Shown: positions 1 through 9,384, counted from the first letter of the stretch. The stretch: DNA of 32,000 nt from Moraxella nasovis (GCF_022701215.1 NZ_CP089976.1:1860001-1892000), one strand, 5' to 3'. Numbers and translations are program-made. The notes: generated by a model not told the origin, from the letters alone.

Positions 1-643
1 TAAAAATCAGTGCAAGCCCCATTTCTTGTTGTACATCTTTTAGTAGGTTAATCACCTGTGCTTGGATAGATACGTCAAGTGCAGATACAGGCTCATCACA
101 GATAATCAGCTTAGGCTTTAAGATTAAAGCACGAGCAATACCGATACGCTGACATTGACCGCCAGAAAATTCATGCGGATAGCGGTTTACTAAGTTTGGC
201 AGCAGTCCCACTTTTTTCATCATGGCACGCACTTGTGATTCCACTTCAGCCTTAGCCATGCTGGGGTAGTATGTGCGTAAAGGTTCGGCGATAATATCAC
301 CAATTGTCATGCGTGGATTAAGGCTGGCTAGCGGGTCTTGAAAGATCATCTGAATGTCTTTTCTGGCTTCTCGTAAGGATTTCTTATCCATATTGACAAG
401 CTCTTTACCGTCAAATAAGATGCTGCCTGATTGTGCCTTAACCAGCCCGATGATGGTGCGTGCTAGAGTGGATTTACCACAGCCAGACTCACCAACCACG
501 CCTAATGTTTCGCCAGCATTTAGAATAAAAGACACGCCATTAACGGCTTTTAGGGTTGCAGGTTTTTGCCAAAAAAACCCACCTTTTACAGGAATGTCGA
601 AGACGGTTTTGACATCATGAACTTGTAATAAAGGGCTGGTCAT
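1..643 (-). CDS. oppF: Oligopeptide ABC transporter ATP-binding protein OppF (N-terminal ~214 codons; rest runs off the window edge)
   Basis: Absent from the ORF track because it is open at the edge. My minus-strand translation from ATG at 643 reads [39 protein letters not shown]. It continues with GESGCGKST (Walker A), [15 protein letters not shown] (ABC signature) and [12 protein letters not shown] (Walker B). ATGA start/stop overlap with oppD at 640-643. Confidence 0.9.
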   Translation of the reverse strand, partial: MTSPLLQVHDVKTVFDIPVKGGFFWQKPATLKAVNGVSFILNAGETLGVVGESGCGKSTLARTIIGLVKAQSGSILFDGKELVNMDKKSLREARKDIQMIFQDPLASLNPRMTIGDIIAEPLRTYYPSMAKAEVESQVRAMMKKVGLLPNLVNRYPHEFSGGQCQRIGIARALILKPKLIICDEPVSALDVSIQAQVINLLKDVQQEMGLALIF

Positions 644-1644
644 ACTCGAATCTCCTTGATAGCTGTTTCAGATGCCAAAATGTCGCTCGGTTTCCAATAA
701 CAGGCACGTTGACGTTCGTTTGGTAGAAACTCAAGCGGTGGCGGACTTGTGTGGCAGATATCCATAGCATGCTCACAGCGAGGTGCAAAAGGGCAACCTT
801 TTGGTAGATTTAGCAGGTTTGGCGGGTTGCCAGCGATGGTTGATAGTCTTTCTGATTCGCCATCAAGTCGTGGAATAGCACCAAGTAGTCCAATGGTATA
901 AGGGTGGCTTGGTCTATAAAAGATTTCATCTGTCTTACCATAAGCCATCGTGCGTCCTGCATACATTACAAGCACTCGATCACAAGTGCCTGCTACTACG
1001 CCAAGATCATGCGTAATCATGATGATGGTGGTGTCAAAATCACGCTTAAGATCATTTAACAAAGCCATAATCTGTGCTTGGACGGTAACGTCAAGAGCGG
1101 TGGTCGGCTCATCAGCGATGAGCAGCTTAGGACGACATAGTAGTGCCATAGCAATCATCACACGCTGACGCATACCACCAGAAAACTCATGCGGATACAT
1201 ACCGATTCGCTTTGCTGCTTCTGGAATTTTCACAGCGTCTAGCATATGAATGGCTTCTTGCCACGCTTGAGCTTTACTCATGCCTTTATGCAAGATTAGC
1301 ACTTCAGCAAGCTGGTCACCTACTTTCATATAAGGGTTTAGACTTGTCATCGGGTCTTGAAAGATGATGGCGATGTCATTGGCACGAATTTTATTTAATT
1401 CACGCTCATGCATGCCGACAAGTTCGGTGCCATTAAATAAAACTGAACCTGATGTTTTACCATTTTTAGCAAGCAATCCCATCATGGCAAAGGCAGTTTG
1501 TGATTTGCCAGAGCCTGATTCACCAACGATGCCTAAAGTTTCGCCTTTATGCAAGTTGAAATTTAGCCCGTTAACAGCAGTTACGATACCGTCTTCTGTG
1601 GAAAATTGTACTTTTAAATCTTTGACTTGCAATAAATCATTCAT
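640..1644 (-). CDS. oppD: Oligopeptide ABC transporter ATP-binding protein OppD
   Basis: 334 aa with GESGSGKS Walker [16 protein letters not shown] signature and [12 protein letters not shown] Walker B. The C-terminal oligopeptide-ABC tail carries Cys residues (CPFAPRC). Position in the opp operon fits. Confidence 0.92.
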   Translation of the reverse strand: MNDLLQVKDLKVQFSTEDGIVTAVNGLNFNLHKGETLGIVGESGSGKSQTAFAMMGLLAKNGKTSGSVLFNGTELVGMHERELNKIRANDIAIIFQDPMTSLNPYMKVGDQLAEVLILHKGMSKAQAWQEAIHMLDAVKIPEAAKRIGMYPHEFSGGMRQRVMIAMALLCRPKLLIADEPTTALDVTVQAQIMALLNDLKRDFDTTIIMITHDLGVVAGTCDRVLVMYAGRTMAYGKTDEIFYRPSHPYTIGLLGAIPRLDGESERLSTIAGNPPNLLNLPKGCPFAPRCEHAMDICHTSPPPLEFLPNERQRACYWKPSDILASETAIKEIRV

Positions 1645-1672
1645 AATTAATCCTTAAATTAGCTATCCTTGC

Positions 1673-2569
1673 TTAGCGGTCTTTAGGGTCAAGTGCGTCA
1701 CGCAGACCATCGCCTAGGAAGTTAAAACAAAACAGCGTTACCACCAAAAATACCGATGGAATTAGCAGCTGCCAAGGGGCGATTTGCATGGTTTTAGAAC
1801 CATCTTGTAATAACGCACCCCAACTGGTCATCGGTTCTTGAACACCCAGACCTAAGAATGACAAAAAGGATTCAAATAAAATCATACTTGGAACAAGCAG
1901 TGAAGCATATACCACAACCACGCCTAAGACGTTTGGTACAATATGACGCATAACGATAGCAAAGCCTGATACACCACCTACTTGAGCGGCTTCGATGAAT
2001 TCTTTGCGTTTTAGCCCTAGGGTTTGACCACGCACGATACGAGCGACATCAAGCCACGATACAAGCCCAATCGCTACGAAGATGAAGATGATATTACGCC
2101 CAAATAAGGTAACGAGTAAAATCACAAAAAACATGAATGGAAATGCGTTTAAAATTTCTAAAAAACGCATCATAACCATATCAACTTTACCGCCTAAAAA
2201 GCCAGAAACTGCTCCGTAAACCGTCCCAAATAAGACCGCTACGAATGCTCCTGCAATGCCAACTAGCAATGAGATGCGTCCGCCGACCGCCGTTCGCACC
2301 ATAAGATCACGACCCAAAGAGTCTGTGCCAAAGTAGTGCTTGGTCGCCACAGATGGGGCTGATTGCATATTAGACCAGTCGGTATAATCATAGGCAAAAG
2401 GCGAGAAAAAAGGAGCAATCACCACAAAAATTGTGATAATTAGCAATATAAAACCACTGGTTAAAGCTGCTTTATTATGAGAAAAGCGTCGCCAAGCATC
2501 TTGCCACAGACTTCTGCCTTTAACTTCTTTGACGTCGTGATCTTGGGTATCTATCAGTTGTGTTGTCAT
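1673..2569 (-). CDS. oppC: Oligopeptide ABC transporter permease OppC
   Basis: 298 aa polytopic membrane protein of the BPD-transporter permease type, lying between oppB and oppD. Confidence 0.9.
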   Translation of the reverse strand: MTTQLIDTQDHDVKEVKGRSLWQDAWRRFSHNKAALTSGFILLIITIFVVIAPFFSPFAYDYTDWSNMQSAPSVATKHYFGTDSLGRDLMVRTAVGGRISLLVGIAGAFVAVLFGTVYGAVSGFLGGKVDMVMMRFLEILNAFPFMFFVILLVTLFGRNIIFIFVAIGLVSWLDVARIVRGQTLGLKRKEFIEAAQVGGVSGFAIVMRHIVPNVLGVVVVYASLLVPSMILFESFLSFLGLGVQEPMTSWGALLQDGSKTMQIAPWQLLIPSVFLVVTLFCFNFLGDGLRDALDPKDR

Positions 2570-2578
2570 GAATTGTCC

Positions 2579-3499
2579 TTAATATTTGATTTTTGGGTCA
2601 ATGACAGCGTATAAAATATCAACCACAGCATTAAATAAAATGGTTAATACGCCAACTAAAATGGTTAGGCTTAGTACTACACTATAATCACGATTTAGTG
2701 CACCATTGACGAAAAGCTGTCCGATACCTGGTAAGCCAAAAATAACTTCAATAACAATCGAGCCTGTGATAATACCCACAAAAGCAGGGCCAAGATAAGA
2801 AATGACAGGAAGCATAGCAGGGCGTAGTGCATGCTTAAGCACGATATGGTGCAAAGGCAAACCCTTAGAGCGTGCAGTGCGAATAAATTGACTGTTCATC
2901 GTCTCAATCATCGAGCCACGCATGATACGAGCGATACTAGCAATGTACGCAATAGAAAGTGCGGTAACAGGTAGAATCATATTTCTTAACGCACCATCAT
3001 TCCAGCCACCAGCAGGAAGCCATTTTAGAGTGACTGCAAAAATCAGCACAATAAGCGGAGCTTTCACGAAGCTAGGAATGGCAACACCTGTCATAGCAAG
3101 CGTCATGACGATATAATCAATCACGCTGTTTTGTTTTAAGGCGGCAATAATGCCAAAGCTTACCCCAATCACAACAGCAATCACAAAAGCGTATATACCT
3201 ATCTCAACTGAAACAGGCAAAGTCTGTGATAGCAGTTCGTTGATGGTGTGGTCTTTATATTTAAATGACGGACCAAAATCCCCATGAGCGAGTTGCTTTA
3301 GGTAATAAAAGTATTGCATCCAGATAGGTTCATCAAGATGGTATTTTGCTTCGATATTTGCCATGACGGCAGGCGGTAGGTTTCTTTCGCCAGTAAAAGG
3401 GTTTCCGGGTGCTAATCGCATCATAAAAAATGATACTGTAATTAACACAAAAAGCGTCGGAATAGCTTCAAAAAAGCGTTTGATGATAAGTTTTAGCAT
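2579..3499 (-). CDS. oppB: Oligopeptide ABC transporter permease OppB
   Basis: 306 aa. The N-terminus MLKLIIKRFFEAIPTLFVLITVSFFMMRLAPGNPF is typical of OppB/DppB permeases. It is 9 bp upstream of oppC. Confidence 0.9.
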   Translation of the reverse strand: MLKLIIKRFFEAIPTLFVLITVSFFMMRLAPGNPFTGERNLPPAVMANIEAKYHLDEPIWMQYFYYLKQLAHGDFGPSFKYKDHTINELLSQTLPVSVEIGIYAFVIAVVIGVSFGIIAALKQNSVIDYIVMTLAMTGVAIPSFVKAPLIVLIFAVTLKWLPAGGWNDGALRNMILPVTALSIAYIASIARIMRGSMIETMNSQFIRTARSKGLPLHHIVLKHALRPAMLPVISYLGPAFVGIITGSIVIEVIFGLPGIGQLFVNGALNRDYSVVLSLTILVGVLTILFNAVVDILYAVIDPKIKY

Positions 3500-3837
3500 A
3501 CGCGTTCTCTCGTGTAATCGGTGGCTTAATGCTGCCAGTTACCACAATCCTTGAGTAGTAGAAAGGAGTAATCCAAAAAAATACCGACATAATAGCATAA
3601 ATTTTTATTATATGGGCATAATTTTATTGTAAAGTATTGCAACTTTTTTGTTTGGCGAGCATGGTTGGCTTTTTTGGGGATTTTTTAATGTTTTTAGATA
3701 GTATGTACTCATAAAGGTATAGTTTTGTTCATTAAATCGACCATTTTGGGTAAGGCATAACTGTAATTCATCACGAGTAAGGTTATAAACATAGCTCATA
3801 AATATGAGTGGATACACCAAAAGCCGTTACAATCTTT

Positions 3838-3877
3838 AAAATAAAAAGTCAAGTCACGGCACTGCAATGACTTGACC
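3838..3877 (-). terminator. Hairpin plus U-run just after oppA (intra-operon attenuator/terminator)
   Basis: Stem GTCAAGTCA (3848-3856) pairs with TGACTTGAC (3868-3876). On the minus strand it is followed by TTTTTATTTT. It sits between oppA and the 416-bp spacer before oppB. Confidence 0.6.
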
Positions 3878-3915
3878 GATTTTAACAAATATTCAAGCAA
3901 TACGAAGATGGCGGA

Positions 3916-5583
3916 TTAGTGTTCCAAAATCTTCCAGTTTTTCACTTGGTAAGTTGATTGCGGATCTTTGCTGCTATATCCTGCAACATAAGGTTTTACT
4001 AATCCTGCGCTAACATAATGATATACAAAGATGGTCGCTGCATCTTTATCAAGCACTTCTTCTGCTTGGCGATAGATTTCACCACGAGATTCTGGGGTGA
4101 CATCTGCACCTAGCGTTGATAACATCAGTTTGTCAAACTCAGGGTTGCTGTACTTGCCGTAGTTGCTTGAGTTATCAGACTTGAAGGTGTTTAGGAAAGT
4201 TGATGCTTCGTTATAGTCTGCACACCAGCCACCACGAGACATTTGATGTTCTTGCTTTCTGCGAGTATCTAGATAAGTTTTCCACTCTTGGTTGTTTAGA
4301 TTAACATTCACAAAACCAAGTGAATCCTTCCAGAATGACGCTGCTGCCACTGCAAGTTTTTTATGATCTTCACTGGTGTTGTATAGCAATTCAAAGTTAA
4401 GCGGATTGCTCTCAGAGTAACCAGCTTCGCTTAGCAGTTTTTTGGCTTCTTCGATACGTTTGGCTTTATCCCATGATTTCCATTCAGGCGTGTAATTTTT
4501 CATGCCTTGGGTAGAAGTTGGGGTAAATTGATACGCCACTTCTTGGCCTTGACCTAAGATTTGATCGACAATAATGTCTCTATCCATGGCAAGTGATAGG
4601 GCGTGACGTACTCGCTCATCATTAAATGGTGCTTTGGTGTGGTTAAACTCATAGTAGTAAGTACAAAGCTTTGGTGCAACTTTCACTTGATCGCCCAACT
4701 CAGCTTTTAGCTGTTGGAATTGATCGGATGGGATGCTATTAGTTACATCAATCTCACCTGCTTTATAACGGCTCGTCTCGGTGGTTGATTCTGGAACAGC
4801 CAGCATAACCACTTCGTTAATGGTGGTGTTCGCATCATCATAGTAGCTTGGGTTACGCTCAAGAACGATGCGTTCATTGATTTGCCAGTCTTTTAGGTTG
4901 TATGGGCCGTTTGCCACAAAGTTACCAGGAGAGGTCCATTTATCGCCATGAGTGTCAATAGCCTTTTTATTGACAGGCTTAACAGAGGTATGGATGAGTA
5001 CGTCTGGGAAGTAAGGAACAGGCTCAGCCAAGGTAATTTGAAGCGTTTTATCGTCAAGTGCTTTAACGCCTAGTTGATCAGGATTGGTCTTACCATCAAC
5101 GATGTCTTGAGCATTAATGACACCGAAGTCTGCTAGATAAGTCGCATACGGAGAAGCGGTTGCAGGGTCGGTTAAGCGTTTGAAGCTGTATTCAAAGTCC
5201 TGTGCGGTAACAGGATCACCGTTAGACCATTTGGCGTCACGGATTTTAAATGTCCAGACTTTATTGTCGTCTGTTGACCACTCAGATGCCATACCTGGAA
5301 TGGTGTTGCCATCATTATCTGTAGTGGTCAGACCAATTAGCATTTGGCGAATAAGGTTCGATTCTGGCACACCAGAAACCTTATGAGGGTCTAGTGATTC
5401 TGGCTCGGCACCATTGTTGATGGTGATGGTTTGGTTAGCAGCAAGCTTAGCGTCAGCAGGAATGGCTGCAGCACTTTCTCCAACAGGTGCAGTCTTCTCA
5501 GCAGTGGCAGTTTGGTTTTGCTCGCTACAAGCAACCAAAGCAAGTGCAGCGATTAAGGCACTTGGGACAAATCTTTTTTTCAT
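3916..5583 (-). CDS. oppA: Periplasmic oligopeptide-binding lipoprotein OppA (SBP family 5)
   Basis: 555 aa with signal peptide and lipobox LVAC (MKKRFVPSALIAALALVACSEQ). Length and sequence are typical of peptide/nickel SBPs. It is first in the opp cluster, with an AAGGA RBS. Confidence 0.9.
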   Translation of the reverse strand: MKKRFVPSALIAALALVACSEQNQTATAEKTAPVGESAAAIPADAKLAANQTITINNGAEPESLDPHKVSGVPESNLIRQMLIGLTTTDNDGNTIPGMASEWSTDDNKVWTFKIRDAKWSNGDPVTAQDFEYSFKRLTDPATASPYATYLADFGVINAQDIVDGKTNPDQLGVKALDDKTLQITLAEPVPYFPDVLIHTSVKPVNKKAIDTHGDKWTSPGNFVANGPYNLKDWQINERIVLERNPSYYDDANTTINEVVMLAVPESTTETSRYKAGEIDVTNSIPSDQFQQLKAELGDQVKVAPKLCTYYYEFNHTKAPFNDERVRHALSLAMDRDIIVDQILGQGQEVAYQFTPTSTQGMKNYTPEWKSWDKAKRIEEAKKLLSEAGYSESNPLNFELLYNTSEDHKKLAVAAASFWKDSLGFVNVNLNNQEWKTYLDTRRKQEHQMSRGGWCADYNEASTFLNTFKSDNSSNYGKYSNPEFDKLMLSTLGADVTPESRGEIYRQAEEVLDKDAATIFVYHYVSAGLVKPYVAGYSSKDPQSTYQVKNWKILEH

Positions 5584-5607
5584 TTAAACATCCTTATGGT
5601 GTAGAAA

Positions 5608-5648
5608 CTGTTACAGATAACAGTGTGGACTCATCTGTCATGACAGAT
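5608..5648. promoter_or_regulatory. Two adjacent CTGT...ACAG palindromes in the oppA leader
   Basis: CTGT-N8-ACAG lies at 5608-5623. A perfect 16-bp palindrome ATCTGTCATGACAGAT lies at 5633-5648. ACAGATAA occurs twice (5613-5620, 5643-5650). The elements are 25-65 nt upstream of the oppA ATG (5583). Confidence 0.35.
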
Positions 5649-5768
5649 AATTAAAAGGTAAAATTAGCCGTATCATCATGATCCATGATCTTTAAGGCAT
5701 CACCTTACATGAACTAAACAGGGTGCTTTAAGAGCGACTTAAAAGCAATGCAAAGTTCCTGTTACGAT

Positions 5769-5797
5769 ATATTGACAAAATTACACTTTAATGTCAA
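5769..5797 (-). promoter_or_regulatory. Candidate sigma70 promoter for oppA
   Basis: On the minus strand: TTGACA (5797-5792), a 17-nt spacer ending in TG, then CAATAT (5774-5769). This would give a leader of roughly 190 nt. It is part of the inverted repeat TTGACA-N14-TGTCAA. Confidence 0.3.
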
Positions 5798-5934
5798 GTA
5801 GTATCTAACATATTAAAAATGTAACCAAAATACGACACTTCGCTTTTTATTTTGACATTATGAAAATGAGTTATAATTTTGAGAAAAAACAGCACAGATG
5901 TTTACTAAAACTTACTACCATTTGCTTAAAAATA

Positions 5935-5943
5935 TGCTAAAAT
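5935..5943 (+). promoter_or_regulatory. Extended -10 promoter element TGCTAAAAT upstream of the KAS III gene
   Basis: The exact 9-mer TGCTAAAAT lies 51 nt upstream of ATG 5994. The same 9-mer recurs in the correct orientation upstream of five other genes in this window. Confidence 0.5.
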
Positions 5944-5993
5944 GCCAAGCAATATGTAACGAATTTTTTCAAAAATTTTATTAAGGAGCGTTT

Positions 5994-7139
5994 ATGGGCA
6001 TTTGTATTACTGCAACAGGACTACATATTCCAAAAGATAGCATTAGCAATGAAGAGCTTGTAACCACTTTTAACACTTACGTGGATAACTACAACAAAAA
6101 AAATGCCCAAGCGATTGAAAATGGCGAGAAAGTCGCTTTGCAACACTCTACATCAGAATTTATTGAAAAAGCGTCAGGTATTAAGTCTCGCTATGTGATT
6201 GATAAAAAAGGCATTTTAGATCCAGAAATTATGGCACCTATTTTCCCTGCCAGAAAGCTTGGTGAAGAGCTGTCTATTATGGCACAGATGGGTATTGGTG
6301 CATTACAAAATGCCTTAGATAATGCAGGACTTTTAGCGGATGATTTAGACGGTATTATTTGTGCGTGTTCTAATTTTCAGCGTGTTTATCCTGCCATTGC
6401 CATTGAAATCCAAGATGCTATCGGCATGAAAGGTGGCTTTGCTTATGACATGAATGTCGCGTGCAGTGCAGCGACTTTTGGTATCGCCCAAGCGGTGGGT
6501 AGTATCAAAGCAGGACTTGGCAAGCGTATTGCTGTGGTGAATGTAGAAATCACATCAGCTCACCTAAACTGGCGAAATAGAGACAGTCATTTTATCTTTG
6601 GTGATGTAGCTGCAGCGACGATTATTGAAGAGCTTGACACACCAAAAGGCTATGAAGTGCTCGATAGTAAGCTTTGGACGCAATTTAGTGCTAATATTAA
6701 GAATGAATATGGCTTTATGGATAGAGCAGAATTTTTGGCGATGGATAAAGAAATGCACTTTGACATCAAAGAGCCTGTAAATGATAAGCTATTTTTACAA
6801 GAAGGGCGTAAAGTATTTCGTGAAGTTTGCCCAAAGGTATCTGAGATTATCAGCACGCATTTGGCAGAAAATCACATTGATAAGTCATCAGTTAAACGCC
6901 TATGGCTACACCAAGCTAACATCAACATGATTGATTTGATCTTACGCACCGTGATGGGCAAAGATGCGGATAAAGCGATTGCCCCGATTGCTATTAGTGA
7001 GTTTGGGAACACCAGTTCAGCAAGCCCTATAGTGGCGTTTCATTTACACCAAGATGGCGTCAATAGTGGCGATTTAGGGGTGATTTGTTCATTTGGGGCA
7101 GGCTACTCTATCGGCTCGGTGATTATCAAAAAAGTATGA
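5994..7139 (+). CDS. Beta-ketoacyl-ACP synthase III family enzyme (long FabH-like form)
   Basis: 381 aa with a candidate Cys-His-Asn triad: DMNVACSAATFG, LWLHQANINM and FGNTSSAS. Strong RBS AAGGAG. It is longer than the 317-aa E. coli FabH and is not in a fab cluster. Confidence 0.8.
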   Translation: MGICITATGLHIPKDSISNEELVTTFNTYVDNYNKKNAQAIENGEKVALQHSTSEFIEKASGIKSRYVIDKKGILDPEIMAPIFPARKLGEELSIMAQMGIGALQNALDNAGLLADDLDGIICACSNFQRVYPAIAIEIQDAIGMKGGFAYDMNVACSAATFGIAQAVGSIKAGLGKRIAVVNVEITSAHLNWRNRDSHFIFGDVAAATIIEELDTPKGYEVLDSKLWTQFSANIKNEYGFMDRAEFLAMDKEMHFDIKEPVNDKLFLQEGRKVFREVCPKVSEIISTHLAENHIDKSSVKRLWLHQANINMIDLILRTVMGKDADKAIAPIAISEFGNTSSASPIVAFHLHQDGVNSGDLGVICSFGAGYSIGSVIIKKV

Positions 7140-7205
7140 TTGTAATCGTGTAATAATATGATGAGTGTCTGAGAATTGATTAATTGCACACTTATAATTT
7201 GTCAT

Positions 7206-7238
7206 AAAACCGCCAGCAGATAGGGCGGTTTTGTTTTT
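7206..7238 (+). terminator. Rho-independent terminator after the KAS III gene
   Basis: AAAACCGCC (7206-7214) pairs with GGCGGTTTT (7224-7232), followed by GTTTTT. Confidence 0.75.
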
Positions 7239-7276
7239 GTTTAGCGGATTTAGCTGATGATATTTCATATAGATTA

Positions 7277-7285
7277 TGCTAAAAT
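7277..7285 (+). promoter_or_regulatory. Extended -10 promoter element TGCTAAAAT upstream of prfA
   Basis: Exact TGCTAAAAT lies 41 nt upstream of ATG 7326, directly after the preceding terminator. Confidence 0.5.
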
Positions 7286-7325
7286 GTTCGTTTGATAATT
7301 TATTTGTATTATAACTGAATAAACC

Positions 7326-8402
7326 ATGAAAGAATCCCTACGCCATCGCCTTGATCAAATGATTGATCGCTTTGAAGAAGTTACGGCACTTTTATCTGAC
7401 CCTGATGTTATCTCTGATAATAAGCAATTTCGTGCTTTATCGGTAGAACACAGTGATTTATCTGAGATCACTGATGTATGGACGAAATTTTTGAACGCTG
7501 AGGCTGATCTTGCCGCTGCCCAAGAAATGCTTGATGACGAAGAGATGAAAGAGATGGCACAAGAAGAGATTGCCATCAATGAGTCACTGATTGAAACGCT
7601 TGGCGATAAACTCAACATTTTAATGCTGCCCAAAGACCCAAGTGATAAAAACCCTGCATTTTTGGAGATTCGTGCAGGTACAGGTGGTGATGAAGCGGCG
7701 ATTTTTAGTGGTGATTTGTTCCGTATGTACCAAAAATACGCCCAAAGTCAAGGTTGGACGGTGGAAGTCTTATCTGCAAACGAAGGCGAGCATGGCGGTT
7801 ATAAAGAAATCATCAGCCGAGTGTCAGGTACAGATGTGTATGGACGACTTAAGTTTGAATCTGGAGCTCATCGTGTACAGCGTGTGCCAGCCACTGAATC
7901 TCAGGGGCGTGTGCATACGTCTGCCTGTACAGTGGCGGTGATGCCCGAGGTTGAGATTGATGATACGGTAGAGATTAATCCTGCTGATTTGCGCATTGAC
8001 ACTTATCGGTCAAGCGGTGCAGGCGGTCAGCACGTTAATACCACAGACTCTGCGGTACGTATTACCCACATTCCCACAGGTGTGGTGGCAGAGTGCCAAC
8101 AAGAACGCAGTCAGCACGCCAATAAAGATAAAGCGATGAAAATGCTCATCGCTCGCATACAGCAAGCCAAAGTAGAGGCACAAATTAACGCCACTAGCGA
8201 TATGAGACGAAATCTAGTTGGTTCTGGCGACAGAAGTGAACGCATTCGCACTTATAATTTTCCACAAGGGCGTATGACGGATCACAGGATTAACCTCACG
8301 CTCTATAAGCTAGATGCAATCATGGAAGGGGATATGACCGAGCTACTAGATAGCTTGCTTAGAGAACATCAAGCAGATTTGATGGCAAGTGTGGGTGAGT
8401 AG
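7326..8402 (+). CDS. prfA: Peptide chain release factor 1
   Basis: 358 aa with GGQ motif ([23 protein letters not shown]) and the RF1-type PAT tripeptide ([14 protein letters not shown]). Confidence 0.95.
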   Translation: MKESLRHRLDQMIDRFEEVTALLSDPDVISDNKQFRALSVEHSDLSEITDVWTKFLNAEADLAAAQEMLDDEEMKEMAQEEIAINESLIETLGDKLNILMLPKDPSDKNPAFLEIRAGTGGDEAAIFSGDLFRMYQKYAQSQGWTVEVLSANEGEHGGYKEIISRVSGTDVYGRLKFESGAHRVQRVPATESQGRVHTSACTVAVMPEVEIDDTVEINPADLRIDTYRSSGAGGQHVNTTDSAVRITHIPTGVVAECQQERSQHANKDKAMKMLIARIQQAKVEAQINATSDMRRNLVGSGDRSERIRTYNFPQGRMTDHRINLTLYKLDAIMEGDMTELLDSLLREHQADLMASVGE

Positions 8403-8405
8403 TAG

Positions 8406-8651
8406 ATGAGTATGAAAAAACAAGGCTTTATCCCTGCCAAGTTCGCTGGCATTGTTTTTGCGTTTTATATGTCAGGCTTGATGGCACTGCTCATGTCGTG
8501 CGTGCTTGTGGCGGTCAATACTGGCGTTGGCGGTAATTATCTTGTGCGTGTGTTTGGTTCGTACGTGGTGGCTTTTCCTATTGCTTTTATTTGTGTGGCA
8601 TTATTACGCCCCTTTGTGATGAAACTGGTGGATTGGACGATTAAAAAATGA
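8406..8651 (+). CDS. DUF2798-type small two-TM membrane protein
   Basis: 81 aa. The pattern IPAKFAGIVFAFYMSGLMALLMS...VVAFPIAFICVALLRPFVMKLV matches my recollection of DUF2798. It starts 3 nt after the prfA stop. An alternative ATG is at 8412. Confidence 0.65.
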   Translation: MSMKKQGFIPAKFAGIVFAFYMSGLMALLMSCVLVAVNTGVGGNYLVRVFGSYVVAFPIAFICVALLRPFVMKLVDWTIKK

Positions 8652-9073
8652 AGCGTTTATTGATTGCTTTGTTATCATTAAATTTATTGGCGTGCGGTAG
8701 ACTGCCAAATCCAAACACCACACAAACCCACCCAATGCAATCATCGCAAGATATGAAGCACACACCACCCAAACCCACCCAATTTGCCGATAAAAATGCC
8801 ACTGCCGATGACATCGTGAGCTGTCAAAAACAAGGCGGCGTCATAAAAAAAGTGGGTATGCTTGGCTTTGACCAGTGCGTCATTACCTATCTTGATGCAG
8901 GTAAATTATGCACTAAGGGCGATGATTGCCTAAGCGGTACTTGTGAACCTGACCAAAATAGTAGATTTAACCCAAATAAACCCATCAATGGCATTTGTAA
9001 AGCAGATAATAATTTCTTTGGTTGCCGAAGTTTCATTCAAGATGGGCAAGTACAAACGATTTGTGTGGATTAG
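8648..9073 (+). CDS. Cys-rich lipoprotein of unknown function
   Basis: 141 aa with lipobox LLAC. The mature part has 8 further Cys (possibly 4 disulfides). SCQKQGGVIKKVGMLGFDQCVI is reminiscent of DUF333, and LCTKGDDCLSGTCE is a compact disulfide motif. ATGA overlap with the DUF2798 gene. Confidence 0.6.
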   Translation: MKRLLIALLSLNLLACGRLPNPNTTQTHPMQSSQDMKHTPPKPTQFADKNATADDIVSCQKQGGVIKKVGMLGFDQCVITYLDAGKLCTKGDDCLSGTCEPDQNSRFNPNKPINGICKADNNFFGCRSFIQDGQVQTICVD

Positions 9074-9075
9074 TT

Positions 9076-9090
9076 TAACAAAAATTGTTA
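9076..9090. promoter_or_regulatory. Inverted repeat TAACAA-AAA-TTGTTA upstream of the antitoxin (candidate TA operator)
   Basis: Perfect 6+6 bp inverted repeat 34 nt upstream of the antitoxin ATG. No U-run follows, so it does not look like a terminator. Confidence 0.3.
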
Positions 9091-9123
9091 TGATGAATGT
9101 TAAAGTAAACCAATGGGGGCGAT

Positions 9124-9384
9124 ATGGAACAAGTTGTTATTATTGAGCAATTACAACAGGATTTAAATGTCATTACTGAGCAATTAAATAAAATTGGTGC
9201 AAGAATTGTGATTGAAAATGATCAACCAAAAATTACTACGCTCACTAATAAAAAGTTACAACGCACCTTAAATTTTGGGTTTATGAATGAAGAATTTGAT
9301 GTGCCTGATGATTTTGACCGTATGAATGAAGATGAGATTTATGCGATGTTTGCAGGGGAGTATGGTGAAAATCCTTTTAGATAG
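9124..9384 (+). CDS. Type II antitoxin, Phd/YefM-like N-terminus with acidic DDFD tail
   Basis: 86 aa. The N-terminus VVIIEQLQQDLNVITEQLNKIGARIVIENDQPKITTL resembles Phd/YefM. The C-terminus FGFMNEEFDVPDDFDRMNEDEI is typical of antitoxins paired with COG3744-type PIN toxins. GGGGG RBS. It overlaps the toxin gene by 23 nt. Confidence 0.7.
   Translation: MEQVVIIEQLQQDLNVITEQLNKIGARIVIENDQPKITTLTNKKLQRTLNFGFMNEEFDVPDDFDRMNEDEIYAMFAGEYGENPFR

Noticed and set aside
354-1657. Plus-strand ORFs 354-620, 950-1168 and 1364-1657. Similar antisense ORFs occur elsewhere: 2922-3116, 5180-5386, 7355-7633, 19580-19948, 20444-21097 and 30705-31184.
   Set aside because: All lie fully inside strongly supported genes on the opposite strand or in another frame. 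They have Ser/Arg/Pro-rich shadow-ORF composition and no RBS.
3608-3820. 70-aa minus-strand ORF in the 416-bp oppA-oppB spacer.
   Set aside because: It has a GTG start and no RBS. Its composition is low-complexity and AT-driven, with no recognisable motif. It lies immediately after the oppA attenuator hairpin and is most likely non-coding leader for oppBCDF.
5608-5623. CTGT-N8-ACAG fits the gammaproteobacterial LexA SOS-box skeleton.
   Set aside because: The centre is not (TA)n-like, and oppA is not an SOS gene. Acinetobacter and its relatives, the lineage this window most resembles, are reported to lack LexA. It is kept only as a generic palindrome finding.
7326-8402. Checked the release-factor gene for the programmed +1 frameshift (CUU UGA C) known from prfB.
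   Set aside because: The gene is prfA (PAT tripeptide), and its reading frame is uninterrupted from ATG to stop. No frameshift is needed.
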